From assembly GCA_000004985.1 (NCBI GenBank), contig GG738899.1: a stretch of DNA of 64,000 bases. One strand, written 5' to 3'. Origin of the DNA: Naegleria gruberi (taxonomy: Eukaryota). A program made the translations under genes and the position numbers. Shown here piece by piece: positions 61,177 through 64,000 of the stretch. A model generated the notes under the pieces. It saw only the letters and a list, made by a program, of their open reading frames with translations. It searched no databases and was not told where the DNA came from. The stretch's first letter is position 1. Every line of letters starts with the position of its first letter.

Positions 61177-64000
61177 ATGCCAGAAGTAATTACCAGCAGC
61201 ACTGTTGGTAGAACAGCTTTCGGTCCCAACCTTTCCTTGTTGAAGGTAAGTTATTACTCATTTACATCTCGCAGTAATTTTTTTTTGACTTTCTAATAAC
61301 AAACAAACTAAGAACTTCAAAATGAACATGTTGAAAATAATATATAGGGTGGTACAATCTCTCAAACAATTGTTGGTTTAATAGTTTCTGCTTCTGTTGT
61401 TGCCTCTCTCGTTGTTACCATTGTAATGATTAGTGTTGGTGCAGGTGTTCAAAATCCAACATTGAAACCAGACTATTATGAACTTTACAAAAAGACACCA
61501 TCAAAACTCTATCCTCTTCTCAATGATATTGATCCAAGAGGTGGTAATTTGACAATTTTAAATGTTACTCAACCATTACATGGTAAAGCTGTGTTATCTT
61601 CTGCTGGCATGGTTATTTATACAAGTATTGGTTCTTATGCTGGTAATGATACTTTCGAATATTCGGTTACTAATGGATGGACAACTGCGACTGAACATGT
61701 TTATCTTAGTATTTTGAATCGTGCTCCAGAAGTAGTTGACATGACATATACTGTTAATAAGAATTCAAAGAAAAATTCATTTGATTTATTTGGATATGAA
61801 AGTGAAATGGGTGCTAAAATTAAGGATATTGACGGTGATGATTTATCTATTACTGACATTATTCTAGTTTCTCCTAATGTTGGTAGTTTAATCTCATTCG
61901 ATCAAAATTACTTGTACTATACTCCTGCTTATGGTTTTAATAATATTGAATTACTTAACTATACAATCTCAGATGGTTATGCCAATGTTTCAGGTGTCAT
62001 TACTATTAATGTTGCCAATGATAAACCAACAGCTGAACCTGACACTTATACCATTACAAAGAATGCTTTGGGTACTTTTAATATTCTAGATAATGATTTT
62101 GATATTAATGGTGATAACATTTCAATTACCACTGCTGGTTTAGGTTCATCTGGTGTTGTTTTAATTTCCTCTGATAATTCAAATATCGAATATATTCCAA
62201 AGCCATTTGTAGCTCCATATACTGATGCTTTTGAATATGAAATCACTGATGGAGCTTTGACAAGTTCTAGTTATGTTTTTGTAAAGATTGTCAATTCTCC
62301 TCCAACTGTTTCTGATAAGGTTTTCAATGTTGCAAAGAATTCAAAGAATAATCTTTTAGATTTGACATTCTCTGATCCAGATGTACTTGATACTGTTACC
62401 TTGACAGCTGTTAGTAAGCTTGCTCGTGGTAATTCCTCATTGTCTGTTACTAGCTCAATGGCATCTGTTTATTATCCAACAGGTGACTTTTTACAAGTTA
62501 AGAAGAATTTGTACTCTCTTGTTTATACACCAGATCAAGGTGTTATTTATACTGATTCCTTTAAGGTCAAAGTTAGTGATGGTGTGGATGTTGCTTATGC
62601 CACCATTACTATTAATGTAGTTCCTTCTCCTCCTGTTCCTGTTAATGATACTGTCACTTGTCAAAAGAATGGACAAGTCTCTCTTGATGTTATCAGTAAT
62701 GATTATAGTGCTTCTGGTGATGTTTTGAAATTGAATTTTGCATCATCTACTTCCAATTTTGGTGGTAAACTTGTTAAGATTGATGATAATAATGTAAAAT
62801 ATGAGCCAGCTAAAGGATTCCTTGGTCAAGATGAAGCTCAATACATTGTTATTAACACTAACACTGATGGATCTAGTGAAGGTACTTTCAATAGAGAGGG
62901 ATATGTTCTTGTTAATGTTGTGAACTCACCTCCAGTTGCTGTTCCATTAACTTTGACAGTTTCAAAGGGTTTGACAAGTGCTCTTAATTTATTAAGAGAT
63001 AGTTATGATCCAAATGGTGATTCTATTAATTATAATAGTATTGCTAAGAGTACTTATGGAGTTTCATTGTCCTTCACTTCTGGTAATGCAAATGTTAATT
63101 ATGCTGCCTTGTCATCTGTCTACGTTGATTATGTTGACTTTACTGTTGTTGATATTGATGGAGCTATTTCACAAGTTGCTACAGCTACCATTAACGTTGT
63201 TAATGATGCTCCTGTTCCAGTTGATGATACTGCTGCTGTTTCTTGGAATAGAAGTATTGTCATTGATGTTTTGGCAAATGACAAGGATGTTAATGGTGAT
63301 TCTCTAAGTGTTAAGAGTGTTAGTTATACTTCTAATAATGGTGCAACTGTTACTGTTCATCAAGGTGGTAAAACTGTTCTCTACACTCCAAAGGATGGAT
63401 TTGTAGGAAATGATACCTTCTCCTATGTTTGTTTTGATGGAATTGATTCATCTGTCACTTCTGGATTGGTGACAGTTGTTGTTAGTAATACTGCTCCATC
63501 TACTTCTCCAGTTACTGTTAGTGTTCATTGGAGAGATTCTTCAGTTATTATTCCAGTATTGACCTATGCCAGTGATATTGATGGTGATTCTCTTCATGTT
63601 GAATCTTTCACACAAGGATCAAAGGGATCTGTTTCACGTGTTACACTTACTGATGGTACAGATGGTTTGCAATTTACTACTTCTGGGTCAAATAACTATG
63701 TTGGAAGTGATTCTTTTACTTTTGTTGTTAGTGATTATGGTAAATCAAGTGTTGGAAGTGTCAACATTCAAATTACTGACACTGCTCCTGTTGCCAATGC
63801 TGATTCATTCTCAATGCATTGGAGATCAACTGATAATGTTTTATCTGTTCTTGCTAATGATGTCGATGCTAATATTGATCCAATTACTGTCAAATCATTT
63901 ACTAAACCACAAGGTTTTACTGGAACACTTGTCAATGTTAATTCTCATTTGACATTTACACCAAGTGCTTCAAGTGTTGGTACTCAAACATTTACTTACA
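61177..64000 (+). CDS. Large single-pass surface protein with tandem cadherin-like / VCBS-type Ig-like repeats; 5' partial within the window: join(61177..61245,61348..>64000).
   Basis: Exon 1 MPEVITSSTVGRTAFGPNLSLLK ends at a GTAAGT donor. A 102-nt intron (acceptor TATAG at 61343-61347) leads into an ORF that stays open from 61348 to the window end; every printed line starts on a codon boundary with no stops. TM helix TIVGLIVSASVVASLVVTIVMISVGAG. Then repeats of about 95-100 aa, each with D-x-D-x-NGD / DGD and Y-T/E-P ... GF-G-D-F-Y motifs and ending V-N-D/S-x-P (e.g. NVANDKPTAEPDTYTITKNA ... DINGDNISIT ... YIPKPFVAPYTDAFEYEITDG). Confidence 0.65.

Noticed and set aside
63005-63952. Leu/Met-rich ORFs 63005-63307 and 63566-63952
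   Set aside because: They are alternative-frame readings of the GAT/GGT/ACT-rich cadherin-like repeat gene, which stays open in its own frame across this whole stretch.
1-64000. A genome-wide non-standard genetic code (TAA as a sense codon), prompted by the UUA-anticodon tRNA
   Set aside because: Nearly every well-supported gene here ends in TAA (the DUF4116 gene, the GPCR, the kinase, Rac, AK, MAPEG, the helicase, PIS). The highly conserved Rac, RhoGDI, actin-related and kinase ORFs contain no internal TAA, and ORFs as long as 1776 aa are uninterrupted in an AT-rich genome. The tRNA therefore looks like a suppressor-type oddity, not evidence of reassignment.
1-64000. Prokaryotic defence or mobile-element island (CRISPR, restriction-modification, toxin-antitoxin)
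   Set aside because: The sequence is plainly eukaryotic: spliceosomal introns with GTAAGT/GTAGGT donors, Rac/RhoGDI/Arp/RPA2 genes, Pol III tRNA and 5S units with oligo(T) terminators. There are no CRISPR-like direct-repeat arrays.

Overview
This is an AT-rich eukaryotic nuclear segment, probably from a protist; it is not prokaryotic. It uses the standard genetic code: genes end in TAA, TGA or TAG, and the conserved Rac, RhoGDI and adenylate-kinase genes have no in-frame stops. Genes lie on both strands and carry short GT-AG introns of about 38 to 220 nt, with GTAAGT or GTAGGT donors. The ORF track splits several genes that can be rejoined by hand: Rac (6 exons), RhoGDI (3 exons), adenylate kinase, a FAD-linked oxidase, a SCY1-like gene, an F-box/LRR gene and a cadherin-like gene.

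Features found:
- Six tRNA genes: Asn-GUU, Arg-UCU, a duplicated pair of Glu-UUC, and a Lys-like tRNA whose anticodon is UUA, which would read the UAA stop codon.
- Two intact 5S rRNA genes plus three truncated or degenerate 5S-derived elements.
- A giant tandem-repeat protein whose repeat resembles DUF4116 (recalled from memory).
- An adhesion-GPCR-like protein that combines NHL repeats, an EGF domain, a GPS motif, seven transmembrane helices and an RGS domain.
- Housekeeping genes: an actin-related protein, RPA2, phosphatidylinositol synthase, MAPEG, a UvrD-like helicase, a protein kinase, an SPFH/band-7 protein and a C2-domain protein.
- A BTB / SPRY-like / SHOCT-like locus that looks decayed.

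Most worth a second look: the UUA-anticodon suppressor-like tRNA, the scattered 5S and 5S-derived elements, the GPCR-RGS fusion, the duplicated tRNA-Glu unit with its conserved flank, and a partial duplicate of the 3' end of the SCY1-like gene.

Splice-site coordinates were worked out by hand from the printed sequence and may be off by 1 to 2 nt. Many ORF-track entries start at TTG or GTG; I treat these as tool artefacts and moved starts to the first in-frame ATG where I could.
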